A program made the position numbers and the translations under genes. A model generated the notes under the pieces. It had not been told where the DNA came from. It searched no databases and was given only the letters and a program-made list of their open reading frames with translations. Below, in pieces: positions 33,229 through 47,214 of a stretch of 64,000 bases of DNA (its first letter is position 1; each line of letters begins with the position of its first letter). The DNA comes from Chlorokybus atmophyticus. Its lineage: Eukaryota > Plantae > Mesostigma and Chlorokybus algae. The DNA is taken from positions 443,901 to 507,900 of the forward strand of contig RHPI01001202.1 in NCBI GenBank assembly GCA_009103225.1. Reading direction: 5' to 3'.

Positions 33229-36200
33229 ATGGCGCCGGAGCCAGATGCTTCGCTGCTGCCGGATGAGGCTGATCTGGCGTATGAGGAGGAGCTGCTGCGG
33301 AACCCTTTCGCCCTCAAGACCTGGTGGCGCTACTTGCATGCTCGGAAGGACGCGCCTCCGCGCAAGCGACAGCTCATTTACGAGCGTGCGCTCAAGGCCC
33401 TACCTGGATCTTACAAGCTATGGTAAGTTGACTGCTGTCTCATATGCAGTACGTCATTGTTGCATTCCATCGCCTTGTTGTCAACGGAGTGGTTAGGCAC
33501 AGCTGTGCGTTTGTATATCAGCTGCTTGGCATGCACACGGAGATCAGCGTTCAACAACCTTGACTGCGTGGTAATTGATCATCTAGATAAGGCATGTACG
33601 GTGATCTCGTGCAATCGGTTGATTTTTGGGTGTTCATTGAGCAGGGAGATCAGTATGCTACGTCTATAACTACTCTTCGTTTTGTAATTTATGATTACGC
33701 TATGCTTGACATGCACTGCTGGCACGTATGGCGCGTGCTTGCTTGTGGCCACATTGCTGTGCAGTGCTAATGCTGTTCGTCCGCCATTGTGGATGCCAGG
33801 TATGCCTATCTGAAAGAGAGAAGGGCTGCCGTCCGTGGGCTCTGCATTACGCATCAATCGTACGCATCCCTCAACAACACTTACGAGCGTGCTCTCGTCA
33901 CAATGCACAAGATGCCACGCATTTGGGAAGAGTACCTGCAGTTTCTGCTGGAGCAGCGGTTTGTGACGAAGATGCGGCGCACTTGCGACCGCGCTCTCTG
34001 CTCGCTTCCCGTGACACAGCACGATCGCGTGTGGACGATATACCTGAAGTTTGTTCGGCAACCAGGCATGCCAGTGGAAACATCACTACGTGTATATAGA
34101 AGGTGCGCTGTGCATGGCTGTCCTTGTCATCTGTGTCAATGTGTATACACTTGTGCATCTGCTTGCAATGGCTATGTCCCTGTGTACCAGAGGGTTTTAA
34201 ACATACAATTGCTCTGTTCATAGGTACTTGAAACTCGAGCCTGGGCAACTTGAAGAGTACGTTGACTACTTACTGAATGCTGCGCACTATGAAGAGGCGG
34301 CACTCCGGTTAGCTGAGTTTGTCAACAATGACGATTTGCCCTCGTTAAAAGGAAAGACCAAGCATCAGCTGTGGTTGGAGCTGTGCGATCTGGTCACCAA
34401 GCACCCCAAAGAAGTAATGGGCTTGAATGTTGATGCCATCATTAGAAGCGGCATCCGCAAGTTCACCAATGAAGTGGGGCGCTTGTGGACTTCGCTGGCG
34501 GACTTTTACATCAGACGAGGGCTGTTTGAGAAAGCCCGCGACGTGTACGAGGAAGGCCTCACCACAGTTGTGACCGTGCGAGACTTCAGTCTCATTTTTG
34601 ATGCATATGCCCAATTTGAGGAGAGCATCATATCTGCAAAGATGGAGAGCGCTGCCGAAGAAGCGGATGCCGATCATGAGGGTGAAGAAGAGTGGACAAC
34701 TGAGACCACCGACCTGGACTTGCGGCTTGCCCGGCTTGAGCACTTGATGGACAGGAGGCCTGAGCTTGTGAGCTCCGTCATGCTGCGACAGAACCCCCAC
34801 AATGTGCACGAGTGGCACAAGCGCGTGAAGTTGTTTGAGGGCAACCTCAAAAGGCAGATCCTAACTTTCACTGAAGCCGTGAAGACTGTTGACATCCAGA
34901 AGGCTGTCGGCAAGCCACACTCGCTCTGGGTTGCCTTTGCCAAGTTCTACGAGGAGCACAATTCGTTGGCGGATGCACGCATCATATTTGAAAAGGCTGT
35001 TCTGGTTCCTTATAAGGGTATTGATGATCTAGCGACAGTGTGGTGTGAGTGGGCGGAGATGGAGTTGCGGCACAAAAACTTCAAGGGTGCTCTGGATGTC
35101 ATGAAGAAAGCAACAAGCGCGCCTGTTGTCAGGAGGACAGCTGGCAATAAAGAGGAGCTGCCAGTGCAGGCCCGTGTGCACAAGTCGCTCAAACTGTGGT
35201 CATTCTTTGTGGATTTGGAGGAGAGCCTGGGCACTCTTGAATCCACCAAGGCTGTGTATGATCGCATACTGGATTTGAAGATAGCAACTCCTCAGATCGT
35301 TATCAATTATGCGCATCTGTTGGAGGTATGGGCCTTGGTCGCAGTAAACATTGATTGTCTGATTTGGTCAGCATGTTGGATTGATAACATGGAACTAATG
35401 GGTCCGGTTGGTGCTTGACAGGAAAACAAATACTTTGAGGAGGCCTTCCGCGTGTACGAACGAGGGGTGCAAATATTCCAGTATCCGCATGTCAAGGAAA
35501 TCTGGCAGCTGTACCTCAGCAAGTTCATCGCGCGTTACAAGGGTACCAAGCTTGAGCGAGCGCGCGATCTCTTTGAGCAGGCGGTGGAGAAGGTTTGTAG
35601 GCACAGCTGTAATGTGACACTTGGTGTGTACCACATCGCTTGTTGACCTGTGCGCAATGGAGTGAGTTGCAATTCGCACACTTCAAGGGCTTGTTAGCTG
35701 ATTACACTTCAAGGGCTCTTCTCTTGTTGTCAACTAGTGCTTGATTCAGACATCACATCTCTCATTGACAGGTGCCCCCCACGGAGGCCAAGTCGCTGTA
35801 CTTGCAGTATGCTAAGCTGGAGGAGGACTACGGCCTTACCCGCCATGCCATGGCTGTATATGCAAGGGCTGTACAGGCTGTGCGTGATGAAGACAAGCTG
35901 TCAGTATACGAGATCTACATTGCCAGAGCTACAGAGTTCTTTGGTGTCAGCAAGACACGCGAGATCTATGAGGTACGTGCCCTTTATGTTGTTCAAGAAA
36001 AGCTTTCATCAAGTTGATGGGACGAAGGGCTAATGCACATTGCTTTATAGCAAGCAATCGAGTCTGGGCTACCGGATAAGCAAGTCAAGACCATGTGCTT
36101 GCGGTACGCTGCACTGGAAAGGAGCTTGGGCGAGATTGACCGGGCTAGAGCTGTTTTTATTCATGCATCGCAGTTGGCGAACCCTGCCACCGATCCAGGC

Positions 36201-36994
36201 TTCTGGGAGGAGTGGAACCAGTTTGAGGTAAGCTTAGCTGTGTGGAGCCTCGTGACGTCGTCAGCTGTGCGTCTTTCTATGTGCAGTTGAGGTAAAGACA
36301 TATATAAACGTTCTGCTGTTTGTAACAGATCAAGCATGGGAGTGAAGACACCTTCAGGGAGATGCTGCGCATCAAGCGGAGTGTCAGTGCAGCATACAGT
36401 CAGGTAGGCGCGGGATGTTGTGTGTGCATGCAAGGCTTTACGCATTGCACTAGTAGACGGTGCTAGTTTTAAACCAATGCTCATAAGGCGTGCTGCCATA
36501 TGTAATCAACCCTGCTTGTTGCTGGCTGCCTTGTGCAGGTTCAGTTCATCGTTCCTGACTCCATTGCCGCCGCCATACCTGGTGAGGCCGCCGCTGCCGG
36601 TGAGAAGCGCAAGAGGCCGGATGAGGATGACATGGCGGCCTTGGAGCGAGCTGCAGTGGAGAACGCTGCCGCACCCGCATCCAAGCAGGTGCAGTTTGTC
36701 AGCGCAGCGCGCATTGGTGGCGATGACGCCCCCGCTGCCCGGCTGGGATCAGCTGCTGCTGTTGTGGAGTCTGCAGCAGCCGCAATGGCAGTCAACCCGG
36801 AGGAAATTGAGCTGGCTGAAGACCAAGAAGATGAAGAGGAGGAGGGTGCTACTGAGATGGACATCAGCGAGAAGCCGGTGCCGGATGCCGTGTTTGGCGG
36901 GCTCAAAGCGGCTGCTGAAGCGACTGAAGAAGGCAAGAAGGCGGAACCGCAATTAGGTGCCTTGGCGAGGTTAAGGAGCAAACAGCGCGGTTGA
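33229..36994 (+). CDS. SYF1: Pre-mRNA splicing factor SYF1/XAB2, spliced
   Basis: YEEELLRNPF, YERALKALPGSYKLW, HKMPRIW, LPVTQHDRVW, VMLRQNPHNVHEW, IATPQIVINYA, YKGTKLERARDLFEQA, GEIDRARA and HGSEDTFREMLRIKRSV. Confidence 0.97.
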
Positions 36995-38230
36995 TATGGT
37001 AACCAACATGAGCCCTCATGCGACTCACTTGTGCTGCATGTGTGCGCCTCATGAATGGTTGTTAAGGGTGTGAAAGGTGTCGTATCCCTCGTGTGGTCTG
37101 ATACCTTCATTCAGTTGGAAATGCTGATTTGTGAATTGTGAGCAGCATGTGTACAAGTTGCGTGTGGACAACCAGTGATATCATGCATTTACAACAGCAA
37201 TGCGCACCACATGTGACACATGTAGTGCGCTCTGATATTATTGTGCACTCACACCAAGCATGCCAACTAAGCGCTCAGTCACCTGAGTGCTGATGCACGG
37301 AGCGACCGCGATGTCTGCCAGCACTTTAAGCGCGCACAGTCTGAACCTTGAGTTGTCGCCAGCTTTAGCTAGATTGTATGGGCATTGATTGGGATTGACT
37401 TGTTGAGTCGGAATGAACGCATGCGGTGGTCAAAATAGGCAGGTTTGCTGGGGCTCTTGCCTGTGTGGCGATTTGCTGCTTGGTAGCCTACCGGTCGTTC
37501 CGGTGAGATCCCCAACGGCAAATGGTAGTACAACATATGCACATAGTACCATACCCTTTATATTCACACAATGCGCGAGGGATATGCTCATGCATCATGA
37601 CGATCACAATCATCCTACCATCAATCAAACATTGTCACGCATTTCACCACCGGGCTACTCTCTACCTAACTCACTGCGGTGGATGGTTGGCTAGGTGGCG
37701 TGTTACAGCATCTGACCAAGCACACACAAGCATCACGATGCATGCTGCTAGTGGCCAAGCCCGGACCTGACCTCTCGTTGCCTTCTCCCTACCCTCTCCC
37801 TACCATCTGCAGGTTGTCCTTCGCTACACACTATCTCCTCCCGCCCCACACCCTTGTTGCGGCCTAAGGGTCTTAGTCTGTGTCGGAGTCTTAGGGCTTG
37901 TTGTAAGGTTAACATCTTGGTTAGTGCTCTGGTGGTTTCAATTCTGCCTTGGCCCACATAAATTGATGCATTGCGCCGTGTGCTTGTTTGCATCTGGCCC
38001 CTACGCTTGAGTTGCTTGTTTGCAACTCCTATGTTTGCTATGCTGCAACGGTATTTGGTTACACCTGCCTTGTGTGTGTTTGTTTGTGTGTCTTGCATCC
38101 GCCTTGATTGAGAAATTATACACATCAGTGCAAGGCATAACACAGTACCATACTCCTTTTGTACACAAAGTAGACATGCTCGCATTGCGATGCATTGTCA
38201 TGTCTACAATGTTTACACGTGACTGGCTCA

Positions 38231-39527
38231 TTACGGCGCAATCGTAACCAGTGCAGTAGATGCCTTTTGTGTGCATTCCATGCATGAAGGTGTCTTCTGA
38301 TGAGTAATCACCGTACTCGCGGCGGTTGGCTGCCAGCCAAGTGCAGCACCTCCGCTGCACGCACCGCCATCCCGCCATCCCTGCCGCTTTCCGCACGCCA
38401 TGACCATAGTGTCCAGCAACATCTTCGTGGTGCGGCCTGGTTCTGATGCCACAAGTTCACAAGGCGTCTGCCCTGCAACTTCCTGCGCGGACTGGCATGA
38501 ACCCACATCCTGTCTACAGGTATAGCCATACGTGCTTGCTGGCGCTACGGGCCACGTATAGGCGTTGAGTTGCATCCTGTGTTTTGATTACCTCCTGTGT
38601 GTGTTAGGCATGGACAGAACCCGGACCTCCTTGTGTTTTGCGTGTAATCGATATAAGAGTTAAATTTGCTTGCTGGCTGTCAGTGGCACTTAGCTAGTTG
38701 CATGAGGCCCCTAGCTAAGCCCTCTGATGAATAAAGCTCTGGGTGGGTGGGTGGTTGTGCGTGTTAGACTGCCATGTGTGGGACTGCCATGTGTACAGGA
38801 TATGCGCGAGACAATTGGCGACATGCATGACGTCACAACAGCATAGCATACCAACCAGCGTGCAAACACAGTCACATACACCACCAGCGGGCTATATTGA
38901 CTGCCTGTTTACCTACCACACTACCCTACTCTAGACCTCCCCGTTAGGCATGCATACATGCGTATTGTTGGTTGATTACCTGTGCAACACACGAGCAGCA
39001 GCGTCAACCACGGTAGTCCAGGTGCAGCGTAACAGCAGCAGGCAGCATGCAGCACACTCCCTCTCCCTCCCTCTCTCCCCCTCTCCCACAGTCTCCCTCC
39101 CTCTCTCCCTCTCCGTCTGTCCTTCCCCTGCTTCCCTACTTCTTCGTCCCCCGCTCAGCCTGTTCTCTCTCCTCCGCCTCCCCCTCCTCCTCTTGCTGTC
39201 ATTGTGCCGTCGCCTCAATCGCAAACCCTTGTCGCCGCTGATCTGGCAAGGCCCCTCTGCCCCGCCCCTCTGCCCAGCCTCTCGTTCTGCAGGCTGGCAT
39301 GCAGTGTTGCACTGTGGCACTAGGGCACTGCACTGTGTAGCGCAGTTAGGTGGTGCTGGTGGGGTTGGGTGGTGGGGTTGGATGGATGTGTTGGGGTTGG
39401 ATGTGTTTGCATCTTGGGCATAGTGTGAACCGTATGATTGGAGCAGTCTATTACGAATATGTATAACCCCATTGCTTACGGCTCGCGACGGAACTCCGTC
39501 ATCTGTAACTGTTGCAATGTGTTGCAT
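38231..39527 (-). CDS. Hypothetical two-exon ORF (39527-38980 + 38576-38231)
   Basis: A 183-aa and a 114-aa ORF join in frame through AG|GTAATC...ACAG|G ATG. No recognisable domain, and part is low complexity. Confidence 0.25.
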
Positions 39528-40054
39528 CTTGCTTAGTCTCTTTGATCATACGTGCTTGTGCTGAGGTGAGACGTTGCGACACTCTTGCTGCAGTCTGCGT
39601 ATATGCCTACAGACCCATGCATTCACTCGCGTATGCAATTCACTTCAAGGCCATGGCTGCAATGCAGCCACAGTGTAGAGGTGTACTTTGCAGTGTCACT
39701 CCTGATTAAGCAACAGTACATTGCATTCAAAAAGGACATCACTAGTAAACCATTGCGCACAACACCAAAGACACCCAAGGATGCCAGCACCAAGTTACAT
39801 GCGCTACTCGCTTTGATATTCACAAACTGGATGTACACACAGGAATATACATGAAACTACAACACTTAGACCTAGCTGCTTTCAACCTACTTTTGGCTGT
39901 GGTACATCGACTAGACAACAGCAATCAGCGCGCTAGCGGCCAACGTGCTACAATGGGCAGCAGACAATGGGCAGGAGACAGGGCTGCAACAGTGCACCTC
40001 TCAAGCACAGTTGTGAAGGAAGCACCGCCACCACACTAGGTCCCACTTCGCGTG

Positions 40055-42768
40055 TCAAAGTTGGACGCTCTGAGTTGATGCAGCAGCCTTTGAGCCTCTT
40101 TTCAGACTTGGCAAATACGGGAGCCACTCATCTGGAAACGAATGCAACCTGCCGCTCTCAATCATGGCTTGCACTCCCAGCGCCAACTCAGATGGCTCCT
40201 GTTGTTGTGCCGAGTTAGCAACCAGCTGGCGCTCGGATGGTTTAATTTAATGCATATGCGATACAGGGAAGAAAGTGCCCAGACTGACATCAAAACCCGC
40301 AAGATACTTACCCGAGGCTTTGCTCGCAATGTCAACCCAGCCGCTTCAACGGACTTGTTACCCTTGCGCATGTTACAATTGCCACATGCAGTCACCTAGT
40401 AATAACACTAAGTTGATGAACGGGTTGTTGAGTTAACAGTAAACACAGCAACTGTAAGTGCATGTACATTCCGTGTAACCTGCAAGCATGATTAGGCCGT
40501 TGCAAGCGCACACTTGGTGTGCAACAGTTCCACAAGTGTTGCAGCCTTGACCTACCAGGTTGTCCCAAGTCCACTGCCCGCCCCTTGACACAGGTATGAG
40601 GTGATCAATCGTGAGATCAGATGTGGACCCACAGTACCTGTCATTGAAGCGTGTCAGCTGCTGTTTAAGAGTGCACATCTGTAAATGGTTGATGAACAGG
40701 TTCTGATGCACGAATGACACCATCTACTGACTGTGAACCATGCGCAATCGATACCAAATAGTTGGCATCTGCTGCAAGCACATGCGCTTGCAATGTCAAA
40801 GTACTTACTGGCAAGTGTGCTTGTCGCGCAGTATGACATTGTTCCTGTTGAGGCTGATACGGCCTGCAGTTCGCGGTGCCATCGATACATAGACATGAAC
40901 CTGCAGACAAGTCAGGTCAGTCAACTGCACACCCACCTATTCCCCTCCCAACACCCAAACAACCCGAACAGCTTTCAACCATCCACGCTAGTGCGCACAC
41001 ACTTGTCCAAAACAACGCAGCTCAACTTTCAAATCAACAAGCGCATGGCAACTAATTGCAAAACAATTAACAACTGCTACACTTACCCTGACAACAGCAG
41101 GAATCGCAAACACTTCTCGCGCAGCGCGTACATACTGGTCATAGTACTCTAGGACGTCTACCTGCAATGCTATGAAGTCAATGCAACAATACAATAAATG
41201 CTCAGCAATTGAGCATCGCCACCAAGGTCACCCACCTTGTCAAACAGGTCAAGGATAATGGCGCGCTGCCAGTTTACTACTTCAATGGGCCTGCGCCCAG
41301 ATGGTGGTTAGTGCATGGCAAATGACACAGGTACTTGTGCCTAGTGCCATGGCAAGTACTGCACTTACTTATAGGACACGTCTAGTACAAGGGCGCGGTA
41401 GCGAGCAAATTGCGAACTGTCGCTTCCTGACTCAGCCTCTGCAGCGGATGCCTCCAGCACAGCCGCAGCTGCAGCGACATCATTGGATGTCCGCTTGTTC
41501 TTGGGAGGAGCGTCATGCCTTTTTATCGTCAATTTCCTTGTGCTCTCTTTGCCAGCTGTCTGAAATCAACATGCTCTCATGTTGACAAGCCACACATACT
41601 GCATGCACTTCTGTTGAGCAATGTCGAGTCGAGTCACACAACCCAACCGAAAGAGCGGGTGGTAAACTCTGTGACAGACATAGCCCAGCCGAAAAGCCTT
41701 GATGATATTGAGCAGGCAATCAATGGCAAACATGCTGTGCTTCCGCCAATGTCACCTGTGTGGCTGTTGCACGAGATGTGGCAGATGTGGGAATACTCGT
41801 CAATGGTCTGCTGCGGTGTCGCTTGCTGTGCACTGGCACACCTAACCAACTCTTCTCTATATGCCTGTGTCCAACCCCACCTACTGTGCGCAACACCCGC
41901 ATGATCAGTGCAGTGCAGGCAAAGACACGATAATACCCAACAACCTTGGCTGCATGTCCAGCAGCCATGCCAGAGGCACGAAAGGACTAGCAGCCATGGT
42001 AGAGCATTACGCAAGCATGAGCAGCAACGTTCTTGCCCACGCAGCATATTCAATATTAACATTGAAGGCTATTACGCTGTGAGAACATCTTGTAGATGCT
42101 GAGACGCGATCGTTTTACCACGCTCTAGGAACGCTTAGACAATCTACTGTTATAGCGTGATAGTCTGCAGCCCTCCACGCGGTTAACCTGCTCTTGAACA
42201 AGTGTCTCAAGCTGTATAAGGGGACTGTCGTGGTAACAACTGACAAAATGCTAGTATCAGCGCTGCGCTCCCAGACTGAAAATATGCTACACTCGCGCCA
42301 TCTGCACACGGAATGGGCATGCATTTTCTGGCATGCACTGCAGGGCGGCTCAATGATATCGCTTCTCCAGTGCTGGTCGCACTAAGTTACGCCCAAGACA
42401 TGTATGCGATCAATCTAGGCGAGGACACCTAGGCATAACCCCACAGGACACGCATGCTTGAGGCTGATGGGCCCACATGCTAAGGTTTCTTCAAAAGCAA
42501 CAGGATGCATACTTCAACAACCAATCGGCATGCACTCGGCCTGGCTAAGCAAGGGGAACAAACGGCAGAACTCGCCGAAGGCAGCCAAACCGCAACAGGC
42601 AGAAAGCAAGGTAAAGATGATATGTAGAACAACAATGCCTCTGGTATGTAAGGGTGTCTGCCTATCTTTCCCAACAGCTTCAAGACAAAAGACTGCTTGC
42701 CACGAATAACTAGCCAGAGCAGACCAAACCCTACCAGCACAGGCCGGGCCGGCGACAATGGCCGCCAT
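40055..42768 (-). CDS. Plant-type HNH endonuclease family protein, spliced; 5' end uncertain
   Basis: [84 protein letters not shown] and PDEWLPYL. Confidence 0.88.
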
Positions 42769-44383
42769 TGCGGGCAGGCAGCCTCCCCGCGCCTGCGACG
42801 GCGGCGACAGCAACTAGAGTAAAACCCACCCCTCCACGTTATCGCCGCGTATGGCGCAAACCCGCTGCTAACGCCTCCGCCGCCGCGGCCCCCGCCTTTG
42901 CCACCAGCAATGCTGCCGGCGACAAGCAGGCCATCAAGCAGGGTTCCATTGAGCTGCCCTGCTAACCGCTGTTTGGTCGTCCTGCTCGCCGTTCTTCTCG
43001 GTTCAAACAGCGACTGCGCCAATACAATTGGCGGTCAAGTGACCGCGCCCCAGTTAAGCTGACGCGGTCCGTCGTCAGCATAGCCGCGGCGGGAAAGCAG
43101 TTAAAGGCATGCAGGTACTGATATGCATGGGTCTTGGAAGGGTCGGTTAATGTCGCTCCGAAAGGGTATGCTGCTCTAGATTCGATATTTTGCTTTACTT
43201 TCTCGCGGCTATTTCGCGGCGCGTGATTGGCTGTTGCCAGGAGGCGGGAAGTTATAGAAATCTCAATGTACACGACGTTTGCGGGCGCATCTTCCTTGGG
43301 CGGAGATTCCGCCACGATGCCTTGGTGGCAGGGGGAGTTCAACTGCCACGTTGGATGTTCAAATATCGCATCAATTGTCATGAGTAGGACTAGTTTGGAA
43401 GTTCCAGCTTGGAACATCCACGAACGAAACAAAGACTAGAGAATTACACAACCAATGCAGAATCACCACGTTCAGATCACAAAATATCAGCAACAATTGT
43501 GTAATTACTACCCCAGCATGATCATTGTGCATATTGCAGCATGATCATTGTGCATATTGCAGCCACAGTCATTGTGACCTACACCATGTGCAGCTGTGCG
43601 CCTTTACCAGCATACGTCTTGTGTATGAGATGATATGTAGATTACCCTCACAAAAATCATCAATTCTCCAATATTCATATAGATAATTATGCTACTACTT
43701 GCATGCTCGTTGTGGTTGCCTAATTGTTTTATTAATGTTGTAAATTTAAACAAGTCTTGTAAATCGTGTCTTGAATACATAATATTATCATTTTACCTTC
43801 TGCATATGCAAGAGATGTATTCATGTGCTTACCAATTGATGCAATTTACGCAACATCCATACACTTATTTTGGCATGAAATGTTACCGTATCCAGAATGT
43901 ACACACATACGCGGGTGGTCCAATGAATACTGTCTTGGAAATGTGTCTACATACATTGCATTGGTCAGGCAAATGTTCCCCATTTTGTTTACCCATCAGA
44001 TATAACAAGTAGAGCCTTGACCACCATGCAACAATACACTACACTTCACTACACTATACTACACTCATGCACTAACCCGGCATACAAAGTATCCAACTTT
44101 ACAGGTGATACACGCGAGCTCGCGCGCTGCACTTGTTTCGCAATTTGATACAACATTGCACATATCAGCAATCCTGAAGTTCAGAATCAGGCAGACAACA
44201 CATACATTACAACCAACACACCCAGGCTCACGCAGACAAGTACAGCCCGCTGCACGGTACTCATGCGAGCAGCAACATGCAAAATCTTCCCTGGTAATAT
44301 GGCCAAGAGGCCGAGGGGCGTTCGCACACGCTAGTATACAATGTTATACAATACACTAACACTATGCCCATATATGACCCTAA

Positions 44384-47214
44384 CTATGAACGAGTCCTCT
44401 TCAGGAAGCTTCCCAACCTTTTGATACCCTCCACCATGGTCTCATCATGGCTGTAAGAGAATGAAATACGGATGCATGGCGAGGCCTTTGCGTCCGGCCT
44501 GAAGTTCTTACCAGGCACCAACAATACCTGCAAAAAAGGACAGGGACACAGTATCAAACACCACCCATCACGTATGCAGGGCAACAAAGCACTTCCAGTA
44601 TGCAGCACAGCAATTGATACAGCATGCACATAAACCAAAGCAGACACTCACCCTCTCTTCTTCCACCAGTTGCTGACATAGCTGCGTGGTGTCCTCAACT
44701 CCAAGTACCGTCAGCCAAACAAACATCCCTGTGGACAGCCAGGGTCAGACATGTGCTATGCTTGCACGGGTTCTATACAACACCATCAAACACCTGAAGC
44801 CATACATTCGTGTGACCAGCTAAGGTCACACAAGAACCAATACCTACACAGTAATCTATGAACGACCCTGCCTGTTAAGCACTAGCACACACGATCTCTT
44901 GACAAGCATGTACTTGCCTGACTCGGGGGCTTTCCACTCGGCGACACCCCTGCAATGTTCCTCGAGTGCACCCACCAACACGTCTCTCCTCCTCTTGTAC
45001 TCCTGTCACACCAATTATTTTAACTGATCTGTGCATCACTGACAGTGCGCAACCTGCATGGTTGTGCGATGCAGGAGGCGTCATGGCATGTAACCTTCGT
45101 CACACCATTTGCGCGCAGATATACACGCCTTTACTCTATGAGTGTTCAAGCACACATGTCATGGGGACATGTGTGCCGGTACACGCATGCATCTCAGAAA
45201 CTGACTCACAGCAAAGCAAAGCCGGTTTGCGCAATAAGTGCAACCTCTGAAACGCTAAGCCGTTCACCTGTTGAAGCTTTGCCACAAACTTGGAGAACCC
45301 TTCCGTGCCCCATGTCTCCATCATGGACGCGGTAACGACACTCGTGAAGGGCGCACCGGACTGCGACGATATCTCCGCGTGCAGCGTGTACTGCCTCAGC
45401 AGCGCCTTGGGCCCCGATATCCATCCCAACCGCATGCCAGGCGTGAACATTTTGCTGAAAGTGTCTAACCTCAACACGCGCCCTGCCAACCCAACAATAT
45501 GCTACCTTCAAGATGTGCGACAAATGTGACTGACAACAACAATGCATGAACATGCATCAACATGAAGACGACCAATTGAGTGAATGCATGAGTGAGAGCA
45601 AGCTTCTGCTAGTGAGCTGGGGTTCACACCCATCAATGCGCGCACCAGCTGTGTCAATTGAAAGGTAGCTCATTCCAAGGCCCTTGAGCCCATCCACGTG
45701 AGGGCTCCACTGCAGGTAAATGTAAGGATCATCCTCCATGATGATGAAGTCGTACTTGTTGGCAATCCTGTATAGCCACAACCACGCACACAATATCATC
45801 AGTTGAGTGGCATACACGTACTGCGCTTGCTAAAGCAGGAAGCATGTATCCAAACACTAACCTGTATATCGCATGGTATCGCTCTTTGCTTGTATTCGCA
45901 CCCGTCGGATTCTGCGCCACTGGAATCGTGTACAACACTGAGGGACGCACACCCTCTTTCTTCAACTGCTCGCACGCTGCCTCCAAAGCAGCCTGCGAAC
46001 CCACATGCAACTACTCAGCAACATGTTTTATGCCTTCCCAAGTTGGCACAGAAGCGCACACACATACCCACACTCACACGTGCACCACACACGCATGCAC
46101 AGACGCACATAAGGATACGAACAGGCCAGCAGGCGCATGCGCACAAACTTGCGCGCGGGCAACTGCACAGCAATATCATCAGCAAAATATATCACATCTC
46201 TCACTGACCGGAACAATGCCTTCTTCGTCCGTGTGGATGGAGACCAAGCGGGCGCCGAAAGTGCGGAGCGTGCACAATGCTTGCGGATACGAGTGCTCCT
46301 CCACCAGCACAACATCACCGGGCTTAAGCAAAAGGTTGCAGATCTTGTCAATAGCGTCCGTGTTGCCGGCCTGCAATGAAATATTGGTAACAATCACTGA
46401 ACTAACCACCCAACATGGGAGTACAGCTCCAAAGCACACAAACAACATGCAGCGAATGTGACCACACTGTTCTGTGCACTCTGTTCTACAATTTTGTTCC
46501 TCGACAGTGAGTTGTGGGCACCATTCAAGTACAACACTCAAAGCAAAATACACACAAAAAATCCTACCACCATTGTCATCACGGCAAGCACGCCCAAAAT
46601 AAATTTAAGTATTCGCAGTAAGGCATGAGTGAGTTTAGTGGCAATCATGGTGAATGACACACACATTGCGTCTCTCGTGCACTTGCAGATAACCTACACA
46701 TCACTGATTATGTGATTTTGCTTACAGAGAGTGCGACGTCCCAGTCAGGATTTGGTGGGCTATGCAGCATCTGTGCGTGGCGTCTGCACCACTCCTGCAG
46801 CGGCTTATAGCCACTTCCCTGGTACTGCTGTGCATTGAACATGGCGGCGGGATCCGTGACGTGGAGCTCCTCCGGCTTGGGGTTCTCCCCTTTCAGCTTG
46901 AGAGCAATGCTATCAAAGGGAAAGTGCGATGAGGGCGGCAAGCCCCCTGCCAGGAACAGTATGTCCGGCATGGCCAGGTAGGGCGCCAGGGCCTTCAGGG
47001 GCGACGGCACCCTCGACAGCGCCATCGGCGACATGTACTTCTTGTAGTCACGGATTGGGGCGTAGCCATCGCTGCCGATGGCGGTGGCGCTGACGGCGGC
47101 GGACGTGGTGCTGCCGGAGTGAGCATCCACCAGCTTCTCCCTGTTCACTACCATATCTGCCGACGACATCACCGCGGCCGTCACCGCCGCCTCCATCGCC
47201 GCAGCCGGCGCCAT
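44384..47214 (-). CDS. PLP-dependent class I/II aminotransferase (aromatic/2-aminoadipate aminotransferase-like), spliced
   Basis: LAGGLP, QQYQG, VLVEEHSYP, YTIPVAQNPTG, IMEDDPY, DTFSKMFTPGMRLGW (PLP lysine), GMFVWL and LLVPG...IRISFS. Confidence 0.93.

Noticed and set aside
37413-37510. Short hydrophobic frame VVKIGRFAGALACVAICCLVAYRSFR*
   Set aside because: It looks like a tail anchor, but I found no start codon or upstream exon.
42962-43432. 156-aa minus-strand ORF upstream of the HNH gene
   Set aside because: It has no motif and no supporting splice link, and uses a non-ATG start in the track. Not supportable.
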